This document shows positions 14,701 through 28,000 of a stretch of DNA of 64,000 bases, piece by piece. The notes under the pieces were generated by a model. It saw nothing but the letters and a program-made list of their open reading frames with translations, was not told the DNA's origin and made no database searches. The position numbers and the translations under genes are program-made. This stretch comes from Mytilus edulis. Taxonomy: Eukaryota. The stretch's first letter is position 1. Each line of letters starts with the position of its first letter. The DNA is taken from NCBI RefSeq assembly GCF_963676685.1, contig NC_092346.1, forward strand, positions 53,196,001-53,260,000, read 5' to 3'.

Positions 14701-17700
14701 GACAGACATTAGGAACTTGCAAGGTACACACATACTAAATATAGTTATCCTATTACTCTGACTCATAGAGAGAAATTAACATTACAAAAAATCTTTACTA
14801 TTTTTCAAGTACTGGTCACTGAACCATGAAAATGAAGTCAATGACAATGGACATGTGACAGACAGAAACTTGGTAACATGAGGCATCGATATACAAAGTA
14901 TGAAGCAGCAAGGTCTTCCACCTTCTTAAATATAAAGCTTTTAAGAAGTTAGCTAAAGCCTCTATCAATGTATGCTATCCCTATGTTGAGCTTTCTACGA
15001 CAAAAATCATAGGCTCATCAAAAACTGACAATTATATGAGGAACTTACTCAGTAGGATGACTTTTACCATAATATCTGTGCTCTAACTGGAAACACATTG
15101 CATTATAAGTTTTGGCATATTCTATCCACATCCCTTCCACCATCCAGACGGGACTTGCTGTACCCTCACCTCCAATCATAATAAAAATTGGACCACCATC
15201 TTTGTAAAAGGTATCATTTACAAAATATCTCTGTAAATATCATGAATATTAAAAATTAGCATAAGCATGATAAAGAAAAAGTAAGAGTAAAAGGAGCGCT
15301 CGAGAGAGAAAAGTTCTGAAAACAAAATGGATGTCAAACACAAACAATGGTTTGAATAAAATAGTATTTCTTTTAATTATATATTAATATATCATATAAT
15401 ATAGATGTAAATGCAGATTAAAGTTTACCATTTAAATTTTACAACCCTTTCATTTATGGACATTTTTTACCATTGTACATGATGTATTTAATTTAGTGCA
15501 GGAAGTGAACTTTTCAACATTACAGATTTCAATTTGGTTTCCATAACATCAGATTCAGACTTGAAGTTCATAATTATAAGCGTTGTAATTTCGTACAGTT
15601 AAACAAGAATCATTAACTATAGCTAAATAATTTAACAGTTTAAAAGATATATTTCAGAGTGTACACCAAATCAATGGCTTTCTAAAATTCTGATCAGAAT
15701 GCATACAGCCAATACAGTGGGTCTCATTGGCATACATGTGATGGACTGTGAAACTCAGATCAGGAGATTTGGAAATTTTGGTCAGGAGATTAGGACTCAG
15801 ATCAGGAGGTTTTTCATCGACATAAATTTTGTCGTTAATGTAACCGTATGATGTAGAAATTGTGTTTTTTCTTCAATTTTCATCAAATTGTAATATGTTT
15901 ATAGTACCCTAATTGCCTTTCTATTTGAATAAAAATAAAATATTAAGAATAATCTGTTTCTTGTTTTGTTTTGTTTTCGATAATTGATTGTTCACTGCTT
16001 GCAAATAAATCATTATATTTATTTATCTGTATGTCTCCATCTCCTTATCATTGGTAACTGTATAGACAAATAAGAAAGAAATACATGTATGCTATACATG
16101 TATATTTGCAACATGATAAATTAATTAGAAAAATAACAAACACTAACAATAGTACTGCATGGTTTTTAAGCATTATGAAAGTCATATTTCTAAAAAAAAC
16201 TTAAAGACTCACACAGTGTAAAATGTCTTGCTACATGTATCTTTAGCTTAATCAATAAAATCTTAAATACTGACATAAACAATTCTCGATCCCAAGGTTT
16301 TCATAGGAACTAAACTCACTAGGATTTTTATTCAGTCTTCTTTTTTTCTACATACAATGGCAGAAGTCCTGAAGGTTTCAAATAGACTTAATATATAAAC
16401 TTCAATTTAATCCTTGAAAAGAAGTCTAGATTGCTAAAATAATTTATAATTTTATATTTTTTTTATTGTCCCAAAACATTTAAATTCATTTAATTACCAT
16501 CCTTTTATGATTATTTGATTAAAATATTATTCATTTATAGTCTTTTTACAATTTACATTTTTTAAAAGCAAAATAACTTAAAACAGAATAATTCAAAGGG
16601 AAGTAACAAAAATGTATTTCAATTATCAGCTGATTATTTTCAAAACACAAAGTTTTTATTACACAACGGCAGTAAGCCATAGGTAAACATCGTTGATTAC
16701 CAGTATGATTGACACCCAAGCTGTCAAGTGAAGCCATATAATTATACATCTTCTTTGATTTACAGGTTAAATTTAACACAGGTGTGAATTACACCCGTAT
16801 GGTAGTAAGAATTTATCAAATATGGCGGCTGAAAAATTTTCATTCATGAAATATTTCATACACAGGAGTTTTTTCTCCTAAACAGGAGGACGGGAGGAGA
16901 CCCCTGAAAAGGGGATTATTGTACTCCCATTGGGAGGTTCACATGTATGCATTGGGTTCTAAACGTGACCCATGATTGGCTGATTTTTTTAAAGCTCGAC
17001 CCATAAAAGTTGAATAATTTAGCCTGAAAACAGAAACGAAGCCTAGTGGGACATGTGTAATTACATGCGCTATTATGGCAAAGAGTAGCGGGATACAGGG
17101 TTCTCACTAAACAATAAGCGGGATCAGAGATCAAACTGCCCATACTCCCCTCCCCATTGAGACCCCTATACAGGTTGATTATTACTGAACTTTTAAATTG
17201 GTACTTCTTGAAAGGTAATAAAAAACAGAAATATATCAGGTTACCACAGTAATTTTAATTTAAATTTCTTCATCTATCAATATAATAATAAAAATTTTCT
17301 TATGGTTGGGGCCTGTTATCTAACTCCCACGTGAATAGATATTTTTCGTATCACACCGTACGGAGTGTGATATGAAAAAGTGATATCAAAATTACGTTAA
17401 TTTGGTTGGCTTATCTCGTAAATTTCCAATATTTTCATTGGCCGTTGATCAGGTCATTATTCACTGGAAAAGGTCATGCCGGGACTACTTTTTTTCTTGA
17501 CAACTGATTGTTTACTTTCGGTTTTCGCGATTTTCGTCTGCTTTATAGTCTGCATTATCTAATATAAATCTTATCATGGACGAAGAACTAAAGAAAGGAA
17601 CCCGTGTACGGTTATGTAACGGAGCAAAGGGCATAATAATTGGCACAACTTCCAATTTCAATTTCCCTCTGTATGCGACAGTAAAACTACCGATGGACGT

Positions 17701-18837
17701 CCGCAAAGCTTCAAATACAATACAGTTATCTCTATTCTAATGCAAAACAAGTTCATAATTAAATTTCAATCACAATTTCAGTGTAAAATCTTCATTAAAG
17801 AAAATTCCGCGAAAAGATGTTATCTTCTTTGGTCCCTACACTACGTGACGTCATAGGTATGCTTCTGGTGTCATACATAAACACCGGGTGTTTTCTGGAT
17901 TCTGAGCCGCTTCAGAGTGTTATAAAATTTGATAAAAAGAAGATTTTAAGGCGCAACAAGTGAGTTATTTGTTAATTATTGTAGAAATAAAGTGTCAATA
18001 CACTTGTTACAAATTAGATAACAGGCCCCAACCATATATATATATATAAGAGAAAGATCAGTATGCGTTGCAAAGAAAAACAGCCGCAGCAACACAACTT
18101 ACAACAAATAGTCCACGCTATATGGTTTTTTTTGGAAAAAAAAGTTTGTTTCCAGGTTTTGGTGAAAAAAATAATTTGTTTTGGACCCTGAGTAAAAAAA
18201 ATTGTTTGTTTCACCCTCAGTTGCCACTATATGTAATGCTAAAATTGAAAGAAAAAAATTGTCTTCGGTTTGTCACTAAAAAAATAGATTGTTCTTCGCC
18301 GAAGGCGAAAAAAAAAGTTTGCACAGAAAAAAAAAACCATAGCCCCCCCCCCCCCCCCCCCCCCCAGAAAATCAAATGGTTGCTGCCTAAATGCAAATTT
18401 TTTTATATTTAATAAAAAAAAAAGTTTTCTTGTCGCTAATTATAAAAAGCTTCTTGTCGCTTCTTGTCGCTAAAATTATTCTTTTTGACGCTTCTTAATT
18501 GTTGCTTCTTGTCGCTTCTTGACGCTTCTTGTCGCTTCTTGTCGCTAATTAGTGAGACCCCAATTTAGACAAGAAGATAAAAATAAAATAATTCAAAATA
18601 TTCAATAGTACAAACTTGTTCCCAGTATGATGTATCAGCATTATCAAAATGGTCCAATTTTTGTTTCAGCCACATGTCAGGAGGCAATTCTTCTTTCTTT
18701 CCATTCCATTTTGGTACTCCAAGCATACCACCTTTTGGTCGCCCTCGAAGAAGTTTAGGAATACCTGCATTTACACTTAAAGAAAGCACAAATGCAAGAA
18801 ATAAAGTAACCGGTAAAACTTTTGGAACGTCTACCAT
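5783..18837 (-). CDS. Secreted/lysosomal serine peptidase family S28 (PRSS16 / K12H4.7-like), 10 coding exons
   Basis: Exons (minus): 18616-18837, 15049-15230, 13857-13993, 13039-13134, 12267-12402, 11609-11723, 9678-9879, 8912-9002, 7978-8189, 5783-5892. All introns are GT-AG with consistent phase. Motifs: signal peptide, [38 protein letters not shown], catalytic Ser [18 protein letters not shown], Asp NGSIDPWH, His GTAHCANM. Confidence 0.93.
6330..7628 (+). mobile_element. Non-autonomous Helentron-associated (HINE-like) element with two ~500-bp tandem units
   Basis: 5' ACTAGAGGCTCTAAAGAGCCTG...GCTCACCT; internal units start near 6571 and 7071; (GACG/GGAC)n microsatellite near 7540-7578; 3' hairpin GGCCCTTCGGGCC followed by AGGTGAGCTAAAAA (sub-terminal inverted repeat). 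Confidence 0.7.
8341..8535 (+). repeat. Dispersed SINE-like repeat; related copies near 20135-20345 (-), 43480-43570, 61520-61670, 62080-62475 and 63350-63440
   Basis: Recurrent 3' core GGAGAGTTGTCTCATTGGCAATCATACCACATCTTCTT. The 24636 transposon inserted into a reverse copy of this core. Confidence 0.65.
10216..11210. mobile_element. MITE-like non-autonomous DNA transposon in a (TA)n tract
   Basis: TIR GTAGGACTCAAATCTATGG / CCATAGATTTGAGTCCTAC, reiterated subterminal AATCTATGGC motifs inverted at the two ends, and ATATAT on both flanks. Confidence 0.8.
14200..15025 (+). mobile_element. Truncated copy of HINE-like tandem-repeat element (AACCATGAAAATGAGGTCAAGGTCA family)
   Basis: ~150-bp units carrying ATGAAAATGAGGTCAAGGTCAGA; same 3' end (CTATCCCTATGT-GAGCTT...) as the copies at 22314-24014 and 38728-39757. 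Confidence 0.7.
15731..16949. mobile_element. Non-autonomous DNA transposon with 6-bp TSD, nested in a smaller TIR element (~15718-17166)
   Basis: TIR CATACATGTGA / TCACATGTATG, flanked by CATTGG at 15725-15730 and 16950-16955. The outer element ends GGGTCTCATTGG / CCATTGAGACCC. Confidence 0.6.
17303..18034. mobile_element. MITE with 21-bp TIR and TA flanks
   Basis: TGGTTGGGGCCTGTTATCTAA ... TTAGATAACAGGCCCCAACCA, with TA on both sides. Confidence 0.8.
18428..18546. repeat. 10-bp minisatellite (CTTCTTGTCG)n
   Basis: Repeated CTTCTTGTCG/CTTCTTGACG units. Confidence 0.7.
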
Positions 18838-19024
18838 TTTGAAGGGTCATGTGATGCTTGTCACCTCAAACACATGATTAGTTCTCTAGGTTTATCGTAC
18901 GATTCGAGCCTGCAACAAGAGAACAGTAAGTCATGTGATGAACGGCGGGAAAATAACACATGGTATTCTACAAATGTAAACATAAACCGAGATAATTATC
19001 AGGATAGAATATTGGAGGTTGACA
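18838..19024. promoter_or_regulatory. Probable bidirectional promoter
   Basis: Only 187 bp separate the divergent start codons of the S28 gene (18837, minus) and the SRA gene (19025, plus). The interval is relatively CpG-rich and contains GTCATGTGAT twice. Confidence 0.6.
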
Positions 19025-22000
19025 ATGCCTGAAAACGAATATGAACAAGTCCGATTGAAGAATCTAGAAGATAACAGAAGAATTTTGGCTGAGATTGGAT
19101 TAATCAATCCAGTAAATATTTTCTTAATATTAGCCATGAAATTACTTATAATTTATATTTATCCTTTATATTTATTTTTATATGTTTTAGGGCTACACAC
19201 TTGATTTGTTGAGATTTTTATTATATTTTTCTTGTAAACTTTTCATATCTAGTCATTAAACATTGTTAAAGGATACAAAGAGCCATGAATTGCGTTTTGG
19301 GGTGGGTTTTTTTTATACACCATCTAGAATAATTTATACTAGTCCGAGATTACTCTGATGTCCAACGGCTGTTTTGCCAGACAAGCTGGGGCCGTGGGAC
19401 GTCAGAGCTCTCACCATATCAAAAAGTGGCTATTTGCCCACCCAAAATAGATGCGCTGCTTCGTCGCTTCTGGTGCTGATTGAGGGCCTTGGAATTATAT
19501 AAATCAGGCATCAATCTGTTCATTTTTCATTTATCTCTTCATTTATGTAAGTTTCACCTACCTGCCAACCTTCATTTTTCCACTTTTTAACAGTTTTCAC
19601 TGAGACCCATCGATTTCTGCATTTTGACTTTCATTTTCAAAGATTATCACGTGACCACGAGAAAACAGTGCAAATGACCATAATGTAACACCTCATTCAT
19701 TTACGATGCAAGTTATCTAAATGTCCGAGAGCTTCCGATTGTAATCGTGGTCGGAACTAAATGCTTAATACCGATCTCCTGTAAAGGAGGTGAAAAAATA
19801 TAAATATTTGCATATTTGAGTCTCGAGGCCACGAACTCTCTCGTAACTTGACGTCCATTTGAAAGTGAAAGTCAAAATGCAGAAATCATGGGTCTCTGTG
19901 AAAACTGTTAAAATATGGAAAAATAAAGGTTGGCAGGTAGGTGAAACTTAAAGCGAAACAGAAGCGACGAAGCAGTGCATCTATTTTGGGTGGGCAAATA
20001 GCCACTTTTTGATATGGGACGAGCTCTGACGTCCCAGGGGTCCAGCTTGTCTGGCAAAACAGCCTTTGGACGTCAGAGTAATCTCGTACAAAATTTATAC
20101 TTGCCTTGATAATTTTTCTCTATTGTTAAAATGATACAAGATGATGTGATATGAGTGCCAATGAGACAACTCTCCATCAAAGTCACAATTTGTGAAAGTA
20201 AACTATTACAGGTCAAAGTACGGTCTTCAACACAAAGCAATGGCTCACACTGAACAGTAAGCTTAAAAGGGCCAAAATAAATGACTAGTTTAAAATCATT
20301 CAAACAGGAAAGCTAACGGTCTTATCTACATAAAAAAAACTAGAAACACTAATGAACCGCAAAGTTGCAAACCATTGAAATATGTTTTATCTAGCCATAT
20401 TTAACCATAAATCCCTGAAAACACTGTAAAAATAGCATAACTACATTGTATCTATTTTGATAGAAGAAGTATTGGCCTGGTTACCACTTTAACAATAACT
20501 GCTGCAGACATTCTACCAATTTTGATAAAAAGCAGTTTCAGCAATGTGTATTTATTATAAGATCTCATAAATAATTCAAGGAGGGAAATTTTATTGTGGA
20601 CAAACCAACATTCACTGAGATTTAATAACAAAGTATGAAAAAAGATAGATCATGCAATTTAAATTTTATTTAATTCTAGGAAAACAACATCGACCTAATT
20701 GGATACTTCTATACAGTGAGAGGGTTAGAAATTTATGTCATATTGTACTAAAAGAGTTGTATTTTCCAGTTAAAGTAAAAAAACTTGATCTAGATGATTT
20801 TCAATTTCAGTACAAATCCTTACCGAAAGTCAGCTTCAAGAAGGGTATTCGTGGTAACAAGAGAAAAGCAGAAGACAGCACTTCTAGTCGACCAGCAAAG
20901 AAGCATGTTGAATTAGACCCAGAAAATTCTGGATCTTTGAGGGGAAGTGGTAGACGTTCAGCTCGTGTTAAGGGAAAGGTACATATATATATTGGAAATT
21001 TCCACAAAAGCAATTCTGATATCTAATTGGAATGATAGCCATGCATTTTTAAAGACTTAATATTGTGCAATTATAACTCTTTCTTTTGTTGTTTAATTTA
21101 TACATGGTTGAACTATTTTATTTGTTTTAAAGCCATATTGTGATATATATTGGTTGACTAAGAGATCAATTAAAAATAAATCAGTGTGAGATTTTAGTAA
21201 CAGATGGTATGTTTTGGGGTAAACATTGCCTTTAAACAATCAAAATCCTAAAGGGACTGGCTTTATTGTTATCAATTTTTTAATCACTTCTTATTAGAAA
21301 AAATAAAAAGCAAAGTGGATCTAGCACAACCTTGGAAATATCCAATAGATGAACATAAAAAAAATTATAAATGATATATATTGAGTGATGGTTATAGCTA
21401 ACTAACAAAATTTGCATAAACTGTGCTTGGTGCACGAATCTAGTATCTATTTTAAATAAAAAATTATAACTTTTGTTAGTTTTATAAGTATAAAAATATA
21501 ATATTGAGATGCATATAAAAAGTCTGAATTTACAAACTGACAAAATTATTTATATTTTGGCTTGCATTTAAAGAAGTGCCAACAGAAAGAGAATTAAAGG
21601 AAGAAGTTGACCAATGGATTGATGAGAATGATGCTCCGGCCAAAGTTGCACCAAATAGACCAAATTTTTACGGAGCAGTTCCAGGTAATATGTTATACAG
21701 TTTATCCAAATTTCTTAGGAGGAGGCATACCTATTTTTCTTGTTCATTTGTTAGTCTTATTATTGAATCATTTCTGTCAGCTTTTAATCTGCAACTAAAG
21801 TTAACAAAAGTCAAAGCATCTTAATTTGTGGCATCATCTGGTTTTGTAATACAGTGTAAATGTTCTCTCTTCCTTCAATGTTTTTTTGGGGTTTTTTTTG
21901 CCGAAAACTTATTCATGTATTAACTACACAAGAGAAATTATCCTAAATGAAAGTCTAGAGACAGATAACAAACTATGCAAAAACAGTAGACATTTATAAG

Positions 22001-25000
22001 TCGACTGAGGGTCATGTTTCTATACTGTGATAGTCTTTCTGTCATAGTAGTGGTTAATTGATAAGTATGGTAACACATAGCAAAAAGTACACTCATATTA
22101 CAATGATAATTGAAAACATAATTTCTCTTATTTGGACAAGTGGCCATTGTTTTTGTTCAAACGGTATATTTTATCATTTACAAATTTGAATTACCATGTT
22201 GTTTTCTTTCCATTTTAGGTGTGGAAGTAGGAACAGTATGGGCCACAAGAATGGAATGCTGTCGTGATGGCATACACAGGTATTGGATGTTCTCATTAAT
22301 AATGCTAAAGCAAACAAGAGTGCACACACTGAAATGTCTGGCCTTCTTTACTAATCATTGATATTATGTTGATAGTCCTAAGTATAAAGCTTTATTACAA
22401 CTGTCACATAAACGTTACATTAACCAAGATAACTAAACAAAGACCAATGAACCATGAAAATGAGGTCAAGGTCAGATGAACCATGTCAGGCTGACATGAA
22501 CAGCTTACAATGCTTCCATAAAACAAATATAGTTGACCTAATACTTATAGTTTAAGAAAAATAGACCAAAACACAAAAACTTAAGACTGAGCAATGAACC
22601 GTGAAAATGAGGTCAAGGTCAAATAAAACCTGCGCGACTAATATATATATCATAAAATATTTCCATACACTAAATAAAGTTGACCTATGGCGTATAGTAT
22701 CAGATGAAAAGACCAAAACTCAAAAAACTTAACTTTGACCACTGAACCATGAAAATGAGGTCAAGGTCAGATGACATCTGTCCGCTAGACATGTTCACCT
22801 TACAATTATTCCATACAACAAATATAGTAGACCTATTGCATAAAGTATGAGAAAAATAGACCAAAACACAAAAACTTAACTATAACCACTGAACCATGAA
22901 AATGAGGTCAAGGTCAGATGACACCTGCCAGTTGGACATGTACACCTTACAGTCCTTCCATACACCGAATATACTAGCCCTATTGCTTATAGTATCTGTG
23001 ATATGGACTTGACCACCAAAACTTAACCTTGTTCACTGATCCATGAAATGAGGTCGAGGTCATGTGAAAACTGTCTGACGGGCATGAGGACCTTGCAAGG
23101 TACGCACATACCAAATATAGTTATCCTATTACTTATAATAAGAGAGAATTCAAAAAATCTGAACTTTTTTTTCAAGTGGTCACTGAACCATGAAAATGAG
23201 GTCAAGGACATTGGACATGTGACTGACGGAAACTTCGTAACATGAGGCTTTTACTGTAAAAGCACATATTTTCGTGGGGGATTTAATTTCGTTTATTTTG
23301 TGGATAAGAAGTATCCACGAAATTAAAACCCCAACGAAAATTTAACTGTAGATTTACATTATTTTATGATCTGACTAAATCTTATTGACATTATATAATT
23401 GATGAACATAAATGCAGACAATGAAATAAATAGGTTAATTGATTAGACATCGATATTCAAAGGTTTCCTTTAAGTCAGATGATAATCCTAATCCTTTGTT
23501 TGTACAGTAATTAATAATGATCAAGAACTGTCAATCAATGTCATTTAACAGTCTAATGTGTCTGTAATGCCCTCAAGTCGTAATACATTTATCACACAAT
23601 CATTGTCCTTGAATAAAACATCAAAGGTGTGTAACAGCCAATTAGCGTATGCAGGTTACAACACTTGATTAGTGCTCACTGTTACTATGAAATGCAATTA
23701 TTGATTTTTCCCAACGGCAAAAGTTCACATCAGTTTTATTGAGTATTGTCAATTATAAAGTGACATTTGTATAATTTTTTTCTAAACTTAAAAACCACGA
23801 AAATTAATCCCCACGAACTTACTTTTGGATACAAAACCACGAAATTTTAACCCCACGAAAATTAATGTTTATACAGTATATACAAAGTATGAAGCATCCA
23901 GGTCTTCCATCTTCTAAAATATAAAGCTTTAAAGAAGTGAGCTAACACCGCCGCCGCTGGATCACTATCCCTATGTCGAGCTTTCTGCATCAAAAGTTGC
24001 AGGCTCGACAAAAATCATTTGAAAATTTTATGTTTGTTTATTAGAATGTTAGAAGTAGAAATGTTGAAGTTTAGAGCTAAAGTGAAACTCCTTACAAAAT
24101 CCAATACAAGGACCACACTGAGATTTTGATGCTCAAATTATTGCTTGATTTTCAAACAAAATATGGTTCCTAGCTTAATATGTGTTTGGGTTACTTGTAT
24201 GATACCTCACCTGTATCACCATACTAACTTCCATCATTTATCATCCAGACAGTCAGAATATTATAGAAATCCTTTAAGAATGGTAAATTTATTTCCATTT
24301 GTTCCTATCACATTGAAATTAAGATTTGGGTGAATGGAGATTAAAGAAATTTCCAAATCATCTGAAATCAGGTCAGTCAGGCTATGGCAAGCAAACCTGT
24401 TTAATTTTGATTTTGGCTTAAATATTAATAAATCTTTGTGGAGTCCATCAACTCCCAATTTCAAAGAAAAGATTATGAAATAAAATAATTTGGTTATAAA
24501 TTATGAATTCAAATCTTGAATTATTATTAAAGGCAGAACATGTAAAGCACACAATGAAATCAGTATGTTTAATTTGTTATATAAAAATAAAAGGATGTGG
24601 TAGAGTCACCAATGAGACAACTCGACACAAGAGACGGGTCAACATTTTTAATTAATTCTCCATAGGCGACAATGGTAACGTTTTCCTCCATTGCTCAGTC
24701 CATATCGTTTACTTGAACATGTAGGATGGCTCATATCGAAGCTGATACATTTATACATGTTTGGTTAAATTTTCGGGGTGGCAAGTGAGATTACTTTTTT
24801 CGCAATTTGCTGGACCCCGGAAGATGGTGAAAAATGTCACTCTCCACATGAAATAATCCCAAAATTCTAATCATAAAACTCAATAAAAAAATTGTCCTTT
24901 CTAATAATTTATTTCAGGTCAAATCTACATATTTCTTTTCTCATCACATCAGCTCTATAAAACAGTTCTTATTGTTCATTTATGTCCATTTTTAAAATCA

Positions 25001-28000
25001 CAGCATCCACAATTGTATGGCGGACTTATATTGTTTTTTAATTACGTCATCTGAGTTCCTCATCTCAAGGTCTATTAGGGATCCTGACCCATATTAGATC
25101 AGCAAATGTCAGATTCCACTTGTATTGCAGTATGAATTCCATCGGTAGACCTTTTCGAACAATTCTGTGAAGTTTTTTTCCGCATCTGAAATAGAATAAG
25201 TTAATTTTTAGTATTTTTAAGTAAGCATGCTTATTACTGTTCCTTATATCTTTTAGTAGAAAAAAGCACAAAATCCATATGTTATCAATCCACAATTTAG
25301 ACATTAATTAAGACTTTTCATAGCTTAAAGTGCCATTCAACAAACCTTCATTACCTTACTGACTTTATTAAAATCATCATGTTTAGATGATAAAGCATGA
25401 AAATATTGTGTTTTTTACTGTAAATAAGGTAAATTTAAGGATTTTTTCACTCAGAAAATAATGTTTTTGATATTTGTTTCTTTCAAATAAGGAATAGAAC
25501 ATTTTTATTTTTTTATAACTGTTAAGATCATTCACAGACCATTCTAAAACAGGTTTTAGTTTTAAAATCCATCAAGCAATAACCATTTTAGAGTTCTTTT
25601 TGTGTGAGTGTTCAAATAGGGAAAAATGGTGCTTTTCTTTGGTAAAGATAACATTGTGACGTCATCGCTTTTGTGACGTCATGACTTTATGGTGTCATAA
25701 TTTAGAATTGTACAAACATAACAGAGTGTGTATTTATTCAATAATGAAAGGGAAAAGGAAAAGAAACCAATATAAGGTTGGTAACCAAGCCCATCTATTG
25801 CGTTTTGTATCCCTAACAACAGATCAAGATTGTGGTGTTAATAATAGTGTTGCTCCATCTACAGCTCCATCTACACCTCCATCTACACAGGTTTTAAAAA
25901 ATTTATCTATGCAAGTTTCACCTGCACCACCTAAATTTAAATTATCTAATTCCGCTACAGATTTGGCAACTAAAAACACCACAGAATCTGTCTGGTTACC
26001 CCGCCTTACAGAAAAGGAATTCAAGCTGTACTCAAAAGAGAGTTACGATAAAAAATCTTATGTAGCCCCCCAAACTGAAAAATGTGCGACTACAGTCAAA
26101 CTACTAAGACCGCATAAATTGTCAGATGATTATTTAGATGAATATTTAGAGGATAAAAGTACTGAAAATAGAACGGTAGATAGAGATCTTAATATTTTAA
26201 TGATCAATAGTCTTATAATATGTCATTTAAATAAAAGTCCAAAGTGTGTTGTTCCACATTTTGAACTGGTACAAGAGACTCAATGGGGTCTTGGTTGGAT
26301 TTGGAAAATGAAGTGTACCAATTGTAAATTTATTTCAGAAAAATATAAACTATTTAGAGAAATTGACACAGGACGTGCTGGTCGCAAGAGTGCTACAATT
26401 AACTATGGGTTTCAGACTGGCGTGATAAACTGTAATATTGGTAATGATAGCGCGCAACTACTTTTAACTAGTTCATGTATTCCTCCTATGTCGAAAGGAA
26501 CAATGCAGAGAATAACAAATACTGTTTGTGACAAGGTTGTTAAACTTGCGGAAAATGAAACCGAACAAGTGGTTGAGAGTTTCAGAAAGAGAAATGAAAC
26601 CTTAGGGTTAAATAAAAATAGTCCTATAAAATTGCAAATGGATGGTACCTATCAGAGTGTGCATATAAAAAGTAGGCATAAAATGGGACAAAATGCATCA
26701 CAAGTCATTGGTATTGCCTGTGAAAATGAAACTGACAATCATGATATCATTGGTTTTCACCTTGTAAACAAACTTTGCTGGGTTGGTGCATGGTTACGCG
26801 GTAAAGGTTATGACATTGAATGTCCTAATCACGAGTACTGCACATCAAATACAAATAGGCATGATCCTTTGAGTGAGAAGGATCTTGGGTATGAAATAGG
26901 TAAAAAAATTGCTAAACTTGATTTACTTGTGGACTATTGTACTACTGATGGGGATGCAAAAAGTGTACAAGGTTTACAAGAAGCCATGCAAGAAATATTT
27001 GACCCTTTATGGTCAGTAAATAGACTGGCAGATACTATACACCGGGGTCAAAGTCAGTTCCGTGAGGTATTGCGAGCAAAATTTAGTGTCGGTATGTTCC
27101 CTGGAGCTACAAAGGCTCAGAGGAATGATATTAAAATAGCTTTTGCCAATGATTTAAAATTACGTTCGCATGGTATAATGAAATGTTTATTTGCAAAATA
27201 TAATGGTGACCGACAACAAATTTCAAAATGTTTGCCACGCATTGTTAAGTCTGTAGTGAATTGTTATAGTGGTAATTGTAGCGATACGTGTAGATGGAGC
27301 ATAACACTATGTAATGGTGGTATAAAAACTAGTTGGTGGTACAAATCTATTAACCTTAGCAGTCATGGTTTACAAAATGGGTCTTTGAAACCAAATAAGA
27401 CTGACAAATTATTAATAGAATCATTGTTAGAAATGAAACTGTCTCAGACCGCATTAAATCAGATGCAATTTTTCAGCAATACAAATAAGTGTGAGTCCGT
27501 CAATAGGACAATTTCTACATACCTACCGAAGAATAAGAATTTTTCTCGCAATGCCTTAGGCCGTGCATCTGCAGCAGTCTTGAAAGTCAATAATAAACGG
27601 GATGTTGCATTGGCTAAGACCCTAAAAGCTGTAGGTTGTGGTCTGGGTAGAAAGTCTCGTGCTGTAGTGGCTCTGAAAAAAATACGTAAACGTGAAATAT
27701 ATGATTGTGCATATCAAAAAAGTTTACGTGTCAAATTAAACAGGTTAAAAGCTCGTAAAAAACAGGCTATCGATTTCTTGTTAAACAAGAGAGTGCGAAA
27801 CAGGTTGATTAGTGGATATAAAAAACATCAGTTAGAACCAAAGCTATGTCAGAATTCAAGTCCGAAAGAATTCGTTCCACAGCCAGGTTGTAGTTCATGG
27901 CCAGATTAACATTTATATTAAAAGGTTACACAATATGGTTTTCTTTCAGCCTTTCAGGAAGCATATGTAGTTATTTATTTATTTACAGAGAATACTAAAC

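Noticed and set aside
18068-18412. 114-aa Lys/Pro-rich ORF
   Set aside because: It arises from A-tracts and a poly-C run in a MITE remnant.
22440-23210. CRISPR-like array of AACCATGAAAATGAGGTCAAGG motifs
   Set aside because: The intervening sequences are homologous to each other (tandem units, not unique spacers). The context is eukaryotic, with no cas genes.
25065-25304. Third gene of the autonomous element (79-aa minus ORF; also 28030-28248)
   Set aside because: Short, with no recognisable motif. The equivalent frame in the non-autonomous copy closes early, so only the acceptor-like site is noted.
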